Source of the DNA: a virus
Lineage: Duplodnaviria > Heunggongvirae > Uroviricota > Caudoviricetes
DNA: 39,324 bases
Strand: one strand, 5' to 3'
IMG/VR virus record: IMGVR_UViG_2703718821_000011
Shown: one piece after another, positions 7,251 through 17,730 of the stretch
Numbering within the stretch: position 1 is the first letter of the stretch
Layout: every line of letters starts with the position of its first letter
Made by a program: the position numbers and the translations under genes
Notes under the pieces: model-generated
Seen by the model: only the letters and a program-made list of their open reading frames with translations
The model's database searches: none
Told to the model about the DNA's origin: nothing

Positions 7251-7810
7251 TAAATATTCTCCTCTTTGTGACTGTTTGCATACACGTAAATAAACGTCTG
7301 CCATGCAGGCTTATAACGGTTCAGAATACATTCCAGCGCACCACCCTCATAAATACGCAGCGGGGTGAGAATATCATCCAGCACATTCATATTCCGGTAG
7401 CCGGTTTCACTGTTTATCGTGACAATACTGACCCACTGTGAATCCGGTGATGGCTGAATATCTATTTCATAACCAAACTCTGCCGCAAACCGGATATAAA
7501 ATTCACGGTTAAGAGAGGGTTTCATCCGGTATTTATTCCCTGCATAACGCTGACGTTCCTGAATGGTTGCGCCGGTCATATCACATTCCGGTAACCCCAG
7601 ATAACGCTCCCAGTCTTCCAGCAGCAGACGGGATGAATCAGGAAAACGTTCTGCCAGCATCTGGTTACCGGTCCAGGAAACACGCTCCGTGGAATGACTG
7701 AGGCCCAGGCACAAAGCCGCAAGAACGGATGACGGCCGCTTATCCCATGCCAGCCCGTCAGGCAGCAACTGCAACAGGGCGCGCTGATGCGGGGTCAGGG
7801 TTACAGCCAT
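7250..7810 (-). CDS. Mu gp48-like tail/baseplate protein
   Basis: 186-aa ORF between the baseplate J-like gene and the tail-fibre gene; Mu synteny. Confidence 0.6.
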   Translation of the reverse strand: MAVTLTPHQRALLQLLPDGLAWDKRPSSVLAALCLGLSHSTERVSWTGNQMLAERFPDSSRLLLEDWERYLGLPECDMTGATIQERQRYAGNKYRMKPSLNREFYIRFAAEFGYEIDIQPSPDSQWVSIVTINSETGYRNMNVLDDILTPLRIYEGGALECILNRYKPAWQTFIYVYANSHKEENI

Positions 7811-8886
7811 GTGATTTCCCCCACGGTCAGCAACTCTGTATCTCCGGCCATCACGGACTTCAGCGGACTGCGAACTTCAAAATCCTCCAGTCCTTTCACC
7901 CCTGCAACAGCCCGCCAGAATGATGAAGGCAATACAAGTCCACCCGGCCGCGATTCGTTATAAAGCAGGTCCGTTAATGCCTGTTTTACGGCAGCCTGAT
8001 TTTCCGGCGTTTTGGGTACAATCCTGATCTCAAACGCCACCGGCTTATTGGTCAGCTTAAACACGCTGATTGTCGGCCCAAGTGGCTGACCAACGGGCTG
8101 GCCCGTCGCCGGATCATCATGACTGCGGATATAATCCGCCACCCGCTTCACATCACCTTCTCCGGGGAAAATGTCAGGGTTATTATCCTGAACAAAAGTC
8201 ACACCAACACTACCCGCCTCAGGCCATTCAGGCTTACACCATGCCCGCGTCACGCCCGGTACTTCCCGTGCCCAGCGTTCAAAATCATACTGTGTTCCCC
8301 CTGATGGCGGGTTCTGTACCCGGAATACCAGCCTGGACAGCAACTCCGGCACCGTTTCCACATCCGCACCACCGGTGAGTCCCGTGCCGGTAACCGTGGC
8401 TGTCTGGTTGATGCCCGCCTGTGGCGTGATAAAGGACAGGCGGGTTCCGGTCGGGGTATTTCCGGCGCGCCCCGCACTTTCCGCCTCCACATTAACATTC
8501 AGTGTTCCGGCTTTTCCGGTCGCAGAGCCGGTGATGCGGTACACAACACCATCGCTTCGCTGAAGGAGTACGCCTTCCGTGATCCCTGCATCCGTGGTCA
8601 GCATCAGTTGTACCGGTCCGTCAGCGCGGGAAGCCGGTTTACGGATGACACCCCAGAATGCGCAGTGTTTCAGGAGTTCGGCTTCATCAGCTTCTGTCGG
8701 AATTATCTGCCGGGAGATCCAGGCCAGATGTTCATGCTCCTGTGCTGACAGACCCGCCAGTGCATACGCAATGGCATTCAGGGTGGTTTCATTCACGCCC
8801 GGCTGCGAACCGGGCAGGCGCTGGCTGATATCCTGTTGTGTCTGTGTGATCAGTTGCGCCAGTGGTAAGGGCTGATAAGGCATCAT
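7801..8886 (-). CDS. Baseplate J-like protein (Mu gp47)
   Basis: 361-aa ORF of the size and position of baseplate J family proteins in Mu/P2-type tails. Confidence 0.7.
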   Translation of the reverse strand: MMPYQPLPLAQLITQTQQDISQRLPGSQPGVNETTLNAIAYALAGLSAQEHEHLAWISRQIIPTEADEAELLKHCAFWGVIRKPASRADGPVQLMLTTDAGITEGVLLQRSDGVVYRITGSATGKAGTLNVNVEAESAGRAGNTPTGTRLSFITPQAGINQTATVTGTGLTGGADVETVPELLSRLVFRVQNPPSGGTQYDFERWAREVPGVTRAWCKPEWPEAGSVGVTFVQDNNPDIFPGEGDVKRVADYIRSHDDPATGQPVGQPLGPTISVFKLTNKPVAFEIRIVPKTPENQAAVKQALTDLLYNESRPGGLVLPSSFWRAVAGVKGLEDFEVRSPLKSVMAGDTELLTVGEITWL

Positions 8887-9320
8887 TCCCCCTTCATATC
8901 AGCATAAAAAATCATCGGATGTCTGCTTCCGTCCGGCAGGGTGATTTTCACGGAAAGCGAAAGGCGATCATGCCCCACACGCATGGCATGACATACCACG
9001 GATGTGGCAGCACCGCTTTTATGCAGCCACGCCAGCGCTTCATCAGCATAGGCCTGTGCACGGCTGACCACGGAGGACAGCGTCTTTTCACGGCTTAACA
9101 GCCAGAGACGGGAGCCAATGGGGCGCTCCCGGAAACTGTCTCCCCACCATCCCCGACGGTCACGGGTGCCGTCAGGGATTTCATCGGAATCCAGCGCCCG
9201 CCTGTCCGTAAACAGTGAAATAATGACCGCAGTCAGCAGGCTGTTATCCGTCAGAAGATCTGCGCCGTTCAGTTGCAGGGAACCACAACCCTGATCCCAG
9301 ACGACAGCAATATCAGCCAT
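8883..9320 (-). CDS. Baseplate protein, Mu gp46 / GPW-gp25-like
   Basis: 145-aa product from the internal ATG (MADIAVVWDQ...), overlapping the upstream gene by 8 nt; conserved position between gp45 and gp47. Confidence 0.6.
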   Translation of the reverse strand: MADIAVVWDQGCGSLQLNGADLLTDNSLLTAVIISLFTDRRALDSDEIPDGTRDRRGWWGDSFRERPIGSRLWLLSREKTLSSVVSRAQAYADEALAWLHKSGAATSVVCHAMRVGHDRLSLSVKITLPDGSRHPMIFYADMKGE

Positions 9321-9927
9321 TCTCTGGTCCTCCCGTTTTGCTGCCTTCACCGTTATCGTGATGCACATGACCTGAATAGGTGATCCCGGCAATAACCGCT
9401 TCGGACATCGTGAACGCCCCCTGTGATCTTCCGGTGCCGTCAATGGACACATTGCCTTTGACATGCAGGTTCTTATCCACTGTGATATTACCGGTAAAGT
9501 GAGCCTCCGGTGTATCCACCTGAACACCTTCATCGGCGTAAATCTCCAGTGTCTTACAGGTCACAATGATCCGGCCGTTCTTTGTCAGACGTATACGGTG
9601 CCCCTCATGGTGATACACGCCGGTATCTCCGGCGGTAAGTCCGGTCGGGCGACTGCGGCGGTCTTCCACCACAAGCACCACGGCCTGATCCCGTTGTCCG
9701 CCAGCACAGGCCAGAAAAACTTCCGCACCAGGCAGGGGGACGCTGATTTGCCCGTACTGCTGGGGGCGTTCAACGTCATCAAAGGTTTCACCATCCATAC
9801 CGGTGATTTGCACATTCTGGATTTTCAGCGTGTCCGTTGTGCCGGTCAGTACACCACGCCCGAACAGCAGACGAACACCCCGCATCACGGGGGCCAGAAG
9901 GCGGCTGATGACTTCGTCATTCATCAT
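9313..9927 (-). CDS. Baseplate spike / assembly protein (Mu gp45, gpV-like)
   Basis: 204 aa, Gly-rich C-terminus; Mu synteny. Confidence 0.65.
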   Translation of the reverse strand: MMNDEVISRLLAPVMRGVRLLFGRGVLTGTTDTLKIQNVQITGMDGETFDDVERPQQYGQISVPLPGAEVFLACAGGQRDQAVVLVVEDRRSRPTGLTAGDTGVYHHEGHRIRLTKNGRIIVTCKTLEIYADEGVQVDTPEAHFTGNITVDKNLHVKGNVSIDGTGRSQGAFTMSEAVIAGITYSGHVHHDNGEGSKTGGPENG

Positions 9928-11041
9928 TGAATTTAATCCCCTGTTTTTTCATCTGTGCCCGCACGAAGGCGTCCACGTCACCCGCATTTCCGCTTCCGCT
10001 GTTTCCCGGCTCTGCCGGAACAATAAAGCCGTCACGGGGTGCCAGAATCAGACGGGTGGTTTCGCCGTGATTTGCATCCAGCGAAAACTCCACCTGACAG
10101 ACAAGAAGATCACGCTCTTCCACTCCGGTGCGGGGAGCCGTGACAGCCGTCAGCAGGTTGATATCCCACAACTGGCCGTTCTCCCGAAACCAGTGCCGCA
10201 CGGTGGCTGTCAGGCGCACAGAGCGGGCAACCGCCCGGCGCATTTCCCGGACAGCCCTCTGGCGTGCACCGTCTGCATCAACAGCATGATCCGCCAGCAC
10301 AATTTTCGGTCTGTAACGGTGGATGGCACTGTCTGTCACCGTACCAACTGGTGCGGCCAGCGTTCCGGCTGTCAGTGCATCCCCGGCATGACCACCACCA
10401 CGCCCGTGCCCCCGTACACGGTATTCACTGTGGCGCAGACGGTGATCCACGTTGTGATCCAAATCCAGCAGATTTTCACCCAGCGTCAGCGTGTCGCCAC
10501 GCTGACTGCCGGCCTGAGTGAAAACCAGTTCACCGGCGGCATTACTGGTTACCAGGACGCCTCTGTGTCTCGCGGCCCGTGTCAGCGCATCTGCCACGGT
10601 TTCTGAATTTTCCAGTGTGAAGGTGGAAAAGGGCCGGGCTGCCGTTGCATCATTTACCTGCCAGCGCACCGTGACCCCGAACGGAGCACACAAATCTGAA
10701 GCAATGTGCTCCAGCGTGCGGTTCCTCCACTGGCTGCCCGGATGAATGGCTGAACAGTCCACCAGGTCACCGGTTTTATCCCGTCCGCTGAGCGTGATCT
10801 GAAAACGCGTGGCGCTGATGCGCTGCCGGACCTGATCCAGCCAGCCAGTGATCACAGGCTGACCGTCAATGCGCAATTCCAGAGACTGACCGGCACGGAC
10901 GGATGACGGAAGGCGTACACCGGGCATCATTACCCCCAGTTCAAAGGAGCCCGCCAGATGTTCAAGAGAGCGACGAACACTCACCGTCAGCCAGCCGGAA
11001 AAAATCTCACCGCCCAGATACAGTTCAACCCTGCTGCTCAC
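9917..11041 (-). CDS. Baseplate hub protein (Mu gp44)
   Basis: 374 aa; position between the DNA circularization protein gene and the spike gene. Confidence 0.65.
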   Translation of the reverse strand: MSSRVELYLGGEIFSGWLTVSVRRSLEHLAGSFELGVMMPGVRLPSSVRAGQSLELRIDGQPVITGWLDQVRQRISATRFQITLSGRDKTGDLVDCSAIHPGSQWRNRTLEHIASDLCAPFGVTVRWQVNDATAARPFSTFTLENSETVADALTRAARHRGVLVTSNAAGELVFTQAGSQRGDTLTLGENLLDLDHNVDHRLRHSEYRVRGHGRGGGHAGDALTAGTLAAPVGTVTDSAIHRYRPKIVLADHAVDADGARQRAVREMRRAVARSVRLTATVRHWFRENGQLWDINLLTAVTAPRTGVEERDLLVCQVEFSLDANHGETTRLILAPRDGFIVPAEPGNSGSGNAGDVDAFVRAQMKKQGIKFNDE

Positions 11042-12395
11042 TAATCACCTCCACTGAATGGCCTCCGGGAATGAACAGCGGATCAACAATACCGTTACGG
11101 CGCACAAAACGTTGCCAGCCGGTACTGTTCCCGGTGGCACGGTACAGGGTCACCAGTGCAGGCTCGGTGGTACGTACAGTCACTACTGTTGCACCGGGTA
11201 GCTGAACTCCCCGTGTATTCAGATCCTCTGTCAGTGCCAGTCTGGCATCACGAAGCGTCAGCGCCGTGGCGGTATACCCCTGCCCGGACAGTGTCATCAC
11301 CTGCCGTTCGAGCGCTTCGCTTAAGTCACGGTTAATGCGCTGAAGATCAACTGAACTTTCCAGCCAGACAGGCCAGGTACGGTGGGCTGCGTCACTGTCC
11401 GGCAGGGTTTCCTGACTGAGAACCTGATCCAGCAGTTTTCCCACGGTCTGTGCCTGGGCCACCACGGCAGCACTCTGCATTACCGCCCGTATCAGACGAA
11501 TATTCTTTTGTGCTGCCGGTGTCAGACCGATGAGAGTCTGCGGATTATCCTGCTCATCCAGCACGTAACGCAGGGAAGATAATGTCCTGTACAGTTGCGG
11601 CATTCCCTGAGAGACGGCGGATGTCGTCCGGCCGATACTGCCACCGGGCCGGGTATTCAGGCCTCCTGAAGACAGTGACGGCAGCGATGGCAGGGTGATC
11701 AGGGCACTGAAAAGCCCCGCAAAAGATGAGGCCATGCGGGAAGGTGCTGTCAGTAATGCCGTGGCATTCCCTTTCAGCGCCGTGAACGTGGCAGTAAAGG
11801 CACTGATATCCTGTACAATCCCCATGCCGGAAACGGCATTTTCCAGGGCGGACACCTTATCACTGATGGTTTCGGTCATTGCCTGGACATCGTGCATTCC
11901 GTCAGAGATCACCGTCCAGCCCGCTTCCAGGGTTTCAAAAACCTGCCCGAGCGCGGTGGTACTCTTCTGCTCCAGAATGGCGGCCGTGTCCTGTGTGACA
12001 GCAGGTGCGGTATCATCACTTACCGGCGTGACATTAATGGTGAACTCAACCACGCCCTGTTCAGCGGCGTTATAACGACTTTCAAAGCTGTTTATCAGCA
12101 CATTTAACGTGCCGTAATCCGGGTGAAGCAGCTCCCCGGCACCGGGAGCACGAAGGGCATCACGCAGACGATTTCGCTGTGTCTGAACATCATCCCCCAT
12201 CACAAGTACACTGAACGTAAATTCAGTCAGTTTAGGTCCCAGATCGTCTGCCCCACCGGTTTCCCGTAACGGATATTCCCGACGGACAATGTTTCGCCCA
12301 CCACGTTCGCGCTGCTCACGCCAGACGAGGAACGGCACACCACGGAACGCACCACGACCGTCACCAGAGGCCATAATTCCCTCCGTTCCAGACAT
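11025..12395 (-). CDS. DNA circularization protein N-like (Mu gp43)
   Basis: 456 aa immediately downstream of the tape measure gene, as in Mu. Confidence 0.6.
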   Translation of the reverse strand: MSGTEGIMASGDGRGAFRGVPFLVWREQRERGGRNIVRREYPLRETGGADDLGPKLTEFTFSVLVMGDDVQTQRNRLRDALRAPGAGELLHPDYGTLNVLINSFESRYNAAEQGVVEFTINVTPVSDDTAPAVTQDTAAILEQKSTTALGQVFETLEAGWTVISDGMHDVQAMTETISDKVSALENAVSGMGIVQDISAFTATFTALKGNATALLTAPSRMASSFAGLFSALITLPSLPSLSSGGLNTRPGGSIGRTTSAVSQGMPQLYRTLSSLRYVLDEQDNPQTLIGLTPAAQKNIRLIRAVMQSAAVVAQAQTVGKLLDQVLSQETLPDSDAAHRTWPVWLESSVDLQRINRDLSEALERQVMTLSGQGYTATALTLRDARLALTEDLNTRGVQLPGATVVTVRTTEPALVTLYRATGNSTGWQRFVRRNGIVDPLFIPGGHSVEVISEQQG

Positions 12396-14436
12396 TCACA
12401 TCCAGTCCGTGACCGGACGTGTCATCAATATCAATACTGCGAGCCTGCCACCCTTCCGGGGCAACCAGCTCCACACGGGCAGAGGCTTTTTGTACCGCCT
12501 GTCCACTGCTTTCATCATCACTGCCCCGTAATTTCTGCCAGGCTTCAGTCAGCCATCCCCCCAGATAGTTACCGAGATAGCTGCCCACCGTAGAACCAAT
12601 GGCAATCCCCACAGGTCCGGCTGCCGCCCCCAGCGCACCACCGGCAATACTGCCTGCAAGAGAGCCGACCGCTTCTCCCTTGTCTGTGGCACTGGCGCTG
12701 CCATCCAGCAGAACCGGGGCTGCCATCGCGCCAGCCCACAGGGCACCTCCACCCAGCCGGCCGGCCAGTCCACCGGCACTGCGGAAAAAGCCGGAGAAAC
12801 GCCCCAGCCCCATGCGGCTACCGACAGACGAAAGTAACCCACCGGCGCGCCCCATCATGCGCCCCCAGAACCCTGCCCCACCAGAAGAGGGAGACGGTGG
12901 CACTGGGGACGGTGGCAGGGGAGGCGTGACCGGTCTTCCGCGCCCCGGTCCGCGTTTCCTGCGGCCCCGCCCCTGACGTCCGCCTGAGGATGTATCGGTC
13001 GCGCCGGTGCCGGACAGTCCTCCTGTGGGCCAGTTTGTTACAAGTACTGGCTGAACGGCTGCCGGATTTACCCCGGTAAGAAAGTTTATAAAACGTTGCC
13101 CTCGTCCCTGAGATGTGCCTGGTGGTGTTCCGGCCGGAGGAGAGCGCCGGAAAGGTGAGGTAAGGAAGGCCGCCGCTGATAATCCGTATCCCAGCAATGC
13201 AGCACCCGGACGTATAATCCCCGTTCCGACAGCCCGCGCCATTTTCAGGGCACGGGTGGCGAGATACATGTACAGCAGGTATTTCGCGGCGGTCTGTGCC
13301 CCCTGACCAATGCGATCCAGCGCATCACCATAGCCCGCATCCCGCAGAGCCTGAAGCGTGTCGCGTACCTTTCTGATCGCCTGATAAAACCCTGTCACTG
13401 CATCACGGGCATACTCAAAGCCCTGGTTCATGGCTGATGCCGTACTTTCCGCCAGGGAATGGTAACTGCCATCAGATTTGGCACTGTCAACCCATGAAAG
13501 AAATCCCCTGAGATTACCCTTCAGTTTTTCAAATGGCCCACTGTCCATCACATCCCGGGCAAACTGATCCCAGACGTCACCCATCATGGCCGTCAGGCCA
13601 CTCCAGGAATTCATTGCGTCCTTTTGTGCTCCCCTGGCCTGTTCCGCCAGCGTCTGAAATAACAGGCGAATACTGTCCGGCCCAAGCAGCCCTTTTTCAC
13701 CAAGTTTTCTGACCACTTTCTGGTCCACACCCAGACGATCAGCCAGCACGCGGTAGGCATTAATGCCGTAGGTGGCAAGAATATTTGCATCCGCTGCCTG
13801 AATACTGCCTCTTGCATACATCTGTTTCAGTTGCAGGGATGCCCCCTGTGCATCGGACAGTGACCAGCCGCCCACGGCACCCTGATCCTGAAGCATGGTG
13901 ACAAAATTTCGGGCCTCCCTGTCACTCATACCAAAGCCCAGACTGGACGTATATTCCTGCATGACGCCAGCCAGCCCCCAGGTGGTTTCCTTCGCATTCT
14001 GTATTGCCCACCTGCGGACATCATCAGTTTTCGCCCGATCCCCTTTGTAAAGGGAGTTCAGGCGAATCATATAGGTTTCCATCTCCGCTGCCGGGCGAAT
14101 AAATCCCCGGTTAAAGCCATATACAGCAGCACCACCGGCCAGCATTCCGTAAAGATTGCTGATCCGCCCGATGGTGCCGGTAATACTGCCCTGAAGACGG
14201 TCAAAATCAGAAGTGACATGGCGGATACTGCCCCGCACCCCGGCCAGCGTGCGCTGCATCCTGCTTCCGAGTACATCTGTTTCCTGCCCGGCACGGCGGG
14301 CAGCATTTCCCAGGCCACCCAGCCCCGCCTGGCCGGAGCGTGAGAATGCCCCCAGCTCCTGTGACCACTGGCGGGATTTGGCTGAGATATTGCCGAGCAA
14401 ATCAACTATCAGAGATGCTCTGAGATTTCGGGCCAT
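12361..14436 (-). CDS. Tail tape measure protein (Mu gp42)
   Basis: 691 aa, largest tail ORF, Gly/Ala/Pro-rich low-complexity C-terminal half, downstream of chaperone, tube and sheath genes. Confidence 0.8.
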   Translation of the reverse strand: MARNLRASLIVDLLGNISAKSRQWSQELGAFSRSGQAGLGGLGNAARRAGQETDVLGSRMQRTLAGVRGSIRHVTSDFDRLQGSITGTIGRISNLYGMLAGGAAVYGFNRGFIRPAAEMETYMIRLNSLYKGDRAKTDDVRRWAIQNAKETTWGLAGVMQEYTSSLGFGMSDREARNFVTMLQDQGAVGGWSLSDAQGASLQLKQMYARGSIQAADANILATYGINAYRVLADRLGVDQKVVRKLGEKGLLGPDSIRLLFQTLAEQARGAQKDAMNSWSGLTAMMGDVWDQFARDVMDSGPFEKLKGNLRGFLSWVDSAKSDGSYHSLAESTASAMNQGFEYARDAVTGFYQAIRKVRDTLQALRDAGYGDALDRIGQGAQTAAKYLLYMYLATRALKMARAVGTGIIRPGAALLGYGLSAAAFLTSPFRRSPPAGTPPGTSQGRGQRFINFLTGVNPAAVQPVLVTNWPTGGLSGTGATDTSSGGRQGRGRRKRGPGRGRPVTPPLPPSPVPPSPSSGGAGFWGRMMGRAGGLLSSVGSRMGLGRFSGFFRSAGGLAGRLGGGALWAGAMAAPVLLDGSASATDKGEAVGSLAGSIAGGALGAAAGPVGIAIGSTVGSYLGNYLGGWLTEAWQKLRGSDDESSGQAVQKASARVELVAPEGWQARSIDIDDTSGHGLDVNVWNGGNYGLW

Positions 14437-14438
14437 AC

Positions 14439-14621
14439 TTACTGCTTCGTTCTGATGATTTTTTCTGTCTGTCGGCAGTGCCGGTAAAGTTGCGACAGGG
14501 GGAGGTTAAGCGCCCATTCCGGACCGCTTTTTGTCACCATCCCCAGGATAATTGCCGCTTCTTCAATCTGATCCCGACACTGCGCCTGATCGCCCCCGGT
14601 CAGCTGCCAGCTTTCCGGCAA
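14439..14621 (-). CDS. Possible frameshift extension of the tail assembly chaperone (G/GT-like arrangement)
   Basis: 60-codon ORF in another frame that overlaps the chaperone 3' end and ends 3 nt before the tape measure start; no independent ATG/RBS (table start is an alternative codon). Confidence 0.3.
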   Translation of the reverse strand: MPESWQLTGGDQAQCRDQIEEAAIILGMVTKSGPEWALNLPLSQLYRHCRQTEKIIRTKQ

Positions 14622-15039
14622 GCGCGGTATCCAGCAGGCTGACCGCTGCCATCAGGCGGGAGAGATCGCGCTCGCTTAACTGTCCAATCTGACGGGGTGA
14701 CAACGGACCTTCAATGTCTCCCACTGCGGCAATCTGACGGCGCAGCAGTGCAACACCGCGTAACGACGGAGACGCTATCAGCATCGGGCCATTGTTTGTC
14801 TCCACCACGCGCTCGGCTTCTGCTTCTGCGTCAATACTGTCTTTCGCTGTCAGTTCCCGGAACGTGACACGATATTCACGGGTCTCACCAAACGGCAGAC
14901 CATCAAGCAGATCCACATATCCCTTTGCCAGTTGCTCTGTCAGCCCGGCAGTGCGTGGATCAGCCCCCTCAAGTGCTTCCCGGATTGCCTCCATCACGGC
15001 TGCCTCGGAAACTGCCGTTTTTTTCTTACGTGTGGTCAT
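14563..15039 (-). CDS. Tail assembly chaperone (Mu gp41)
   Basis: Acidic ~160-aa protein between the tube and tape measure genes; start taken at MTTRKKK with an AGGAAA RBS. Confidence 0.6.
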   Translation of the reverse strand: MTTRKKKTAVSEAAVMEAIREALEGADPRTAGLTEQLAKGYVDLLDGLPFGETREYRVTFRELTAKDSIDAEAEAERVVETNNGPMLIASPSLRGVALLRRQIAAVGDIEGPLSPRQIGQLSERDLSRLMAAVSLLDTALAGKLAADRGRSGAVSGSD

Positions 15040-15053
15040 TTTATTTTTCCTGA

Positions 15054-15419
15054 TCACTGAACACGGGTACTGGTGGCGCTGGCGAACTTCACGGAGATCT
15101 CCCCGCCACCGTCAAGCGAGGCCGGTTCACTGCTCCAGGCCTTCGTCATCATGTGGACTTCGCCGGTATCCGCCACAAACTCGATAGTGACAGCAGTCCA
15201 GTTGTTGATTTCATCGGCGGCTGGTGAACCTTCTCCGCCTGCCGGAAATTTGCAGTCCAGTGTCGCTTCACGTGGTTTCTGGCGGTAACCATAGACTTTC
15301 GCGCCTTTCACCACTTCACGTTCAAAACCTGACGGAGAAAATGTAGCCCCCTCAAGCGTCTCGTATTCCTGACCGTTCACACGGATAGTGGCCGTGCCCT
15401 GATACTGTTTTCCGCTCAT
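15054..15419 (-). CDS. Tail tube protein (Mu gp40)
   Basis: 121 aa directly downstream of the sheath gene. Confidence 0.75.
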   Translation of the reverse strand: MSGKQYQGTATIRVNGQEYETLEGATFSPSGFEREVVKGAKVYGYRQKPREATLDCKFPAGGEGSPAADEINNWTAVTIEFVADTGEVHMMTKAWSSEPASLDGGGEISVKFASATSTRVQ

Positions 15420-15427
15420 GCCTTACC

Positions 15428-16927
15428 TCACAAAATGAAACGGATCTGTGCTGCCAGGAAGCGGAACTGGTTAACCAGATCCGGCGTGCATAACACGTCA
15501 AGACGGTTTCGATCTGACGCATTACGCTCCACAAGCAGATTCTTTTTAAAGGTGTCCAGATTTTCGACCAGCCCGAGTTCCACCCACTCTTCACCCAGCG
15601 AAATTAACTGAAGCTTCATGATCTCCGGCGTCACGATATTCTGACCGGCACGAACGGGCGTCCCGTCATCAGCCAGTTTATGGCGCGGAAAACGTTGTGT
15701 GATAAAAGTACGCAGGGAATAACGCAGCCAGGAGAGGGTGTAGATGGTTTCCACATCCAGATAGCTGGGATCACTTTCGCCGTACACGTTCTGGCGATAC
15801 ATGGTCACCTGACGTTCGATCTGAACCACATCACCGGCAGCCACACTGACCGTGGCAATCCCTCCCCACAGCAGACTGTTACGCTCTTCACGCGTCAGAC
15901 GATCGGCCGGGGCCGGGGCCATGCGTGACGGAAGCGCCAGCGTCTGAAGCGGACGCGCAGGATCTGCCCCCAGAGACGGCGCACAGGTGGCGCAGACCGC
16001 CGCTGCCCAGAGGTAATCCGGTTCAGGGGCTTTGGGAATGAATGTGCAGGTCGCCAGAAAATCATTGCGTTTTGCCCCGAATGCCTGCACCTCACCAAAC
16101 GTGCCGGTATGCGCCATCCACAGCACACCGTCAGACATTTTGGCCGGTCCCCAGCGTTTCAGAAGCTCATCACTGATGATTTTCAGGTTTGCATCATCCT
16201 TATAGGGCATGACGACATAGTTGTACTGGCGATCGCCCATACCCGCCACGCTTCGGGTGATATCCGGGTTAGTGGCTTTTGTTTTGGGATACCCAAGTTC
16301 AATGGTCAGTCCACCCGGTGTGGTTTCTCCGTCATGATAATTAACACGGATATCATGTACGGAACATTCACCGGTAAAACGGGCATTAATTCCCATACTT
16401 CCCTTGAGTCCGCTGGCGTTATCTGCTACCTGACCTGCATAAGCACTGAAGGGCGCATCAGCATCGGCATTAATAACAGAGACCAGAGCGTCAATAAGCT
16501 CCTTACCTTTCTGCCCCTTCGTGACAGCCAGCAGATAACGCCGACCGCCGATATAAATGTGCAGAACACCATCCTGAGAGGCGGTGCCAATTATATTCAT
16601 GAGACATGCCTGAGCCTGACCGGTGCCGCTCCCCTGAGCAATGGCATACAGTTCAGCATCAGGATTGATGGCGATAAATTCCGCCACCATCAGGGCAATC
16701 ATGGAGCCGCGCCCCCAGAATTCTGTTGCCTGAGACGCACGGGTGATCCTGACCGGAACATCCAGAACACCGGCACCGTCCACGGCATTCTCTTTCATTC
16801 TCGCCTGACCAAACAGCAGCACACACTGACGCTGTGCCGGAGTGCCGGTGACAGCCATGGAGTTATTAAACTCAACCTCAATCAGCGGTATACGGCGGTC
16901 ATTACCGATCCCGTCAAAATTAATCAT
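15428..16927 (-). CDS. Contractile tail sheath protein (Mu gp39)
   Basis: 499 aa, size and position of Mu L sheath. Confidence 0.8.
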   Translation of the reverse strand: MINFDGIGNDRRIPLIEVEFNNSMAVTGTPAQRQCVLLFGQARMKENAVDGAGVLDVPVRITRASQATEFWGRGSMIALMVAEFIAINPDAELYAIAQGSGTGQAQACLMNIIGTASQDGVLHIYIGGRRYLLAVTKGQKGKELIDALVSVINADADAPFSAYAGQVADNASGLKGSMGINARFTGECSVHDIRVNYHDGETTPGGLTIELGYPKTKATNPDITRSVAGMGDRQYNYVVMPYKDDANLKIISDELLKRWGPAKMSDGVLWMAHTGTFGEVQAFGAKRNDFLATCTFIPKAPEPDYLWAAAVCATCAPSLGADPARPLQTLALPSRMAPAPADRLTREERNSLLWGGIATVSVAAGDVVQIERQVTMYRQNVYGESDPSYLDVETIYTLSWLRYSLRTFITQRFPRHKLADDGTPVRAGQNIVTPEIMKLQLISLGEEWVELGLVENLDTFKKNLLVERNASDRNRLDVLCTPDLVNQFRFLAAQIRFIL

Positions 16928-17169
16928 TGCGGTTTCTCCTTATCGGATGCCGGTTGGGCGACCGGTTTTTCTGTCGCAGTCGTTGCATCCGCAGATACAG
17001 CCGGAGCCTCTTCAGCGGCTTTTTCAGCCTGAATGACATCGCCGTCATCAAGACGCCGACACCAGAACGGCGTAAAGGGCTTTTCCTCCCCCTCCTGTGC
17101 CAGCGGGCGCATTGTGTCGGGATCACGAATCAGGCGTCCCGGCGCGGGTTTGATAAAGATGGTTTTCAT
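16924..17169 (-). CDS. Mu gp38-like small protein
   Basis: 81 aa, conserved position upstream of the sheath gene. Confidence 0.5.
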   Translation of the reverse strand: MKTIFIKPAPGRLIRDPDTMRPLAQEGEEKPFTPFWCRRLDDGDVIQAEKAAEEAPAVSADATTATEKPVAQPASDKEKPQ

Positions 17170-17730
17170 TTACAGTTCCTCCGGCGGTTCGACCGCCGTT
17201 GTCGTGTTCCCCGGCAAATCAATATGTGCCTCAAACGGCGGCGTACCGGGCGGCTCCACAAAGGTTTCGTAATGACGCAGGAAGTCGTCCAGCGAGCTGA
17301 TATCGGTCAGCGGTGCGATCATTTCCTCGCAGGAGAAATAAAGCGCATACATCACCGCACCACTGTCCGCCTGGGTTTCGGTGTAACCGTTGACCGCCTT
17401 TTCAAAGTAAAGCGGTGAGGTTTTTTCTGTTCTGAAGCCGTTAAGCACGGCAATCAGCCGGGCCACAATCTGATACAATCCGGGACGGCTGGCCTCACGC
17501 CCGTTGAGCATGTCGCCGATGACGTAGAACACCCAGTGACTGACCAGGCGACCACGGGTACGGCCTTCACCGGCACCCAGCCAGGCAACGTAGATCGCCG
17601 GGGCGTTAATCAGCATGGTGCGCAGTACGCTGTCGTTCCAGTCGCCGGGATGCGTGTCAACAGACACCAGTTCATTCCCGAAATACTCACGGATACGGGC
17701 GATGTATGCCTGTTCGGTTTCCGTAATCAT
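17170..17730 (-). CDS. Mu gp37-like head-tail joining protein
   Basis: 186 aa; Mu synteny. Confidence 0.55.
   Translation of the reverse strand: MITETEQAYIARIREYFGNELVSVDTHPGDWNDSVLRTMLINAPAIYVAWLGAGEGRTRGRLVSHWVFYVIGDMLNGREASRPGLYQIVARLIAVLNGFRTEKTSPLYFEKAVNGYTETQADSGAVMYALYFSCEEMIAPLTDISSLDDFLRHYETFVEPPGTPPFEAHIDLPGNTTTAVEPPEEL

Noticed and set aside
9803-10606. 267-aa plus-strand ORF across the baseplate genes
   Set aside because: Antisense ORF in GC-rich coding DNA; opposite strand carries syntenic Mu baseplate genes.
12599-12976. Pro/Ala-rich plus-strand ORFs inside the tape measure gene
   Set aside because: Low-complexity antisense translation of a GC-rich repetitive region.
16109-17032. 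307-aa plus-strand ORF across the sheath gene
   Set aside because: Antisense to the tail sheath gene; no independent support.
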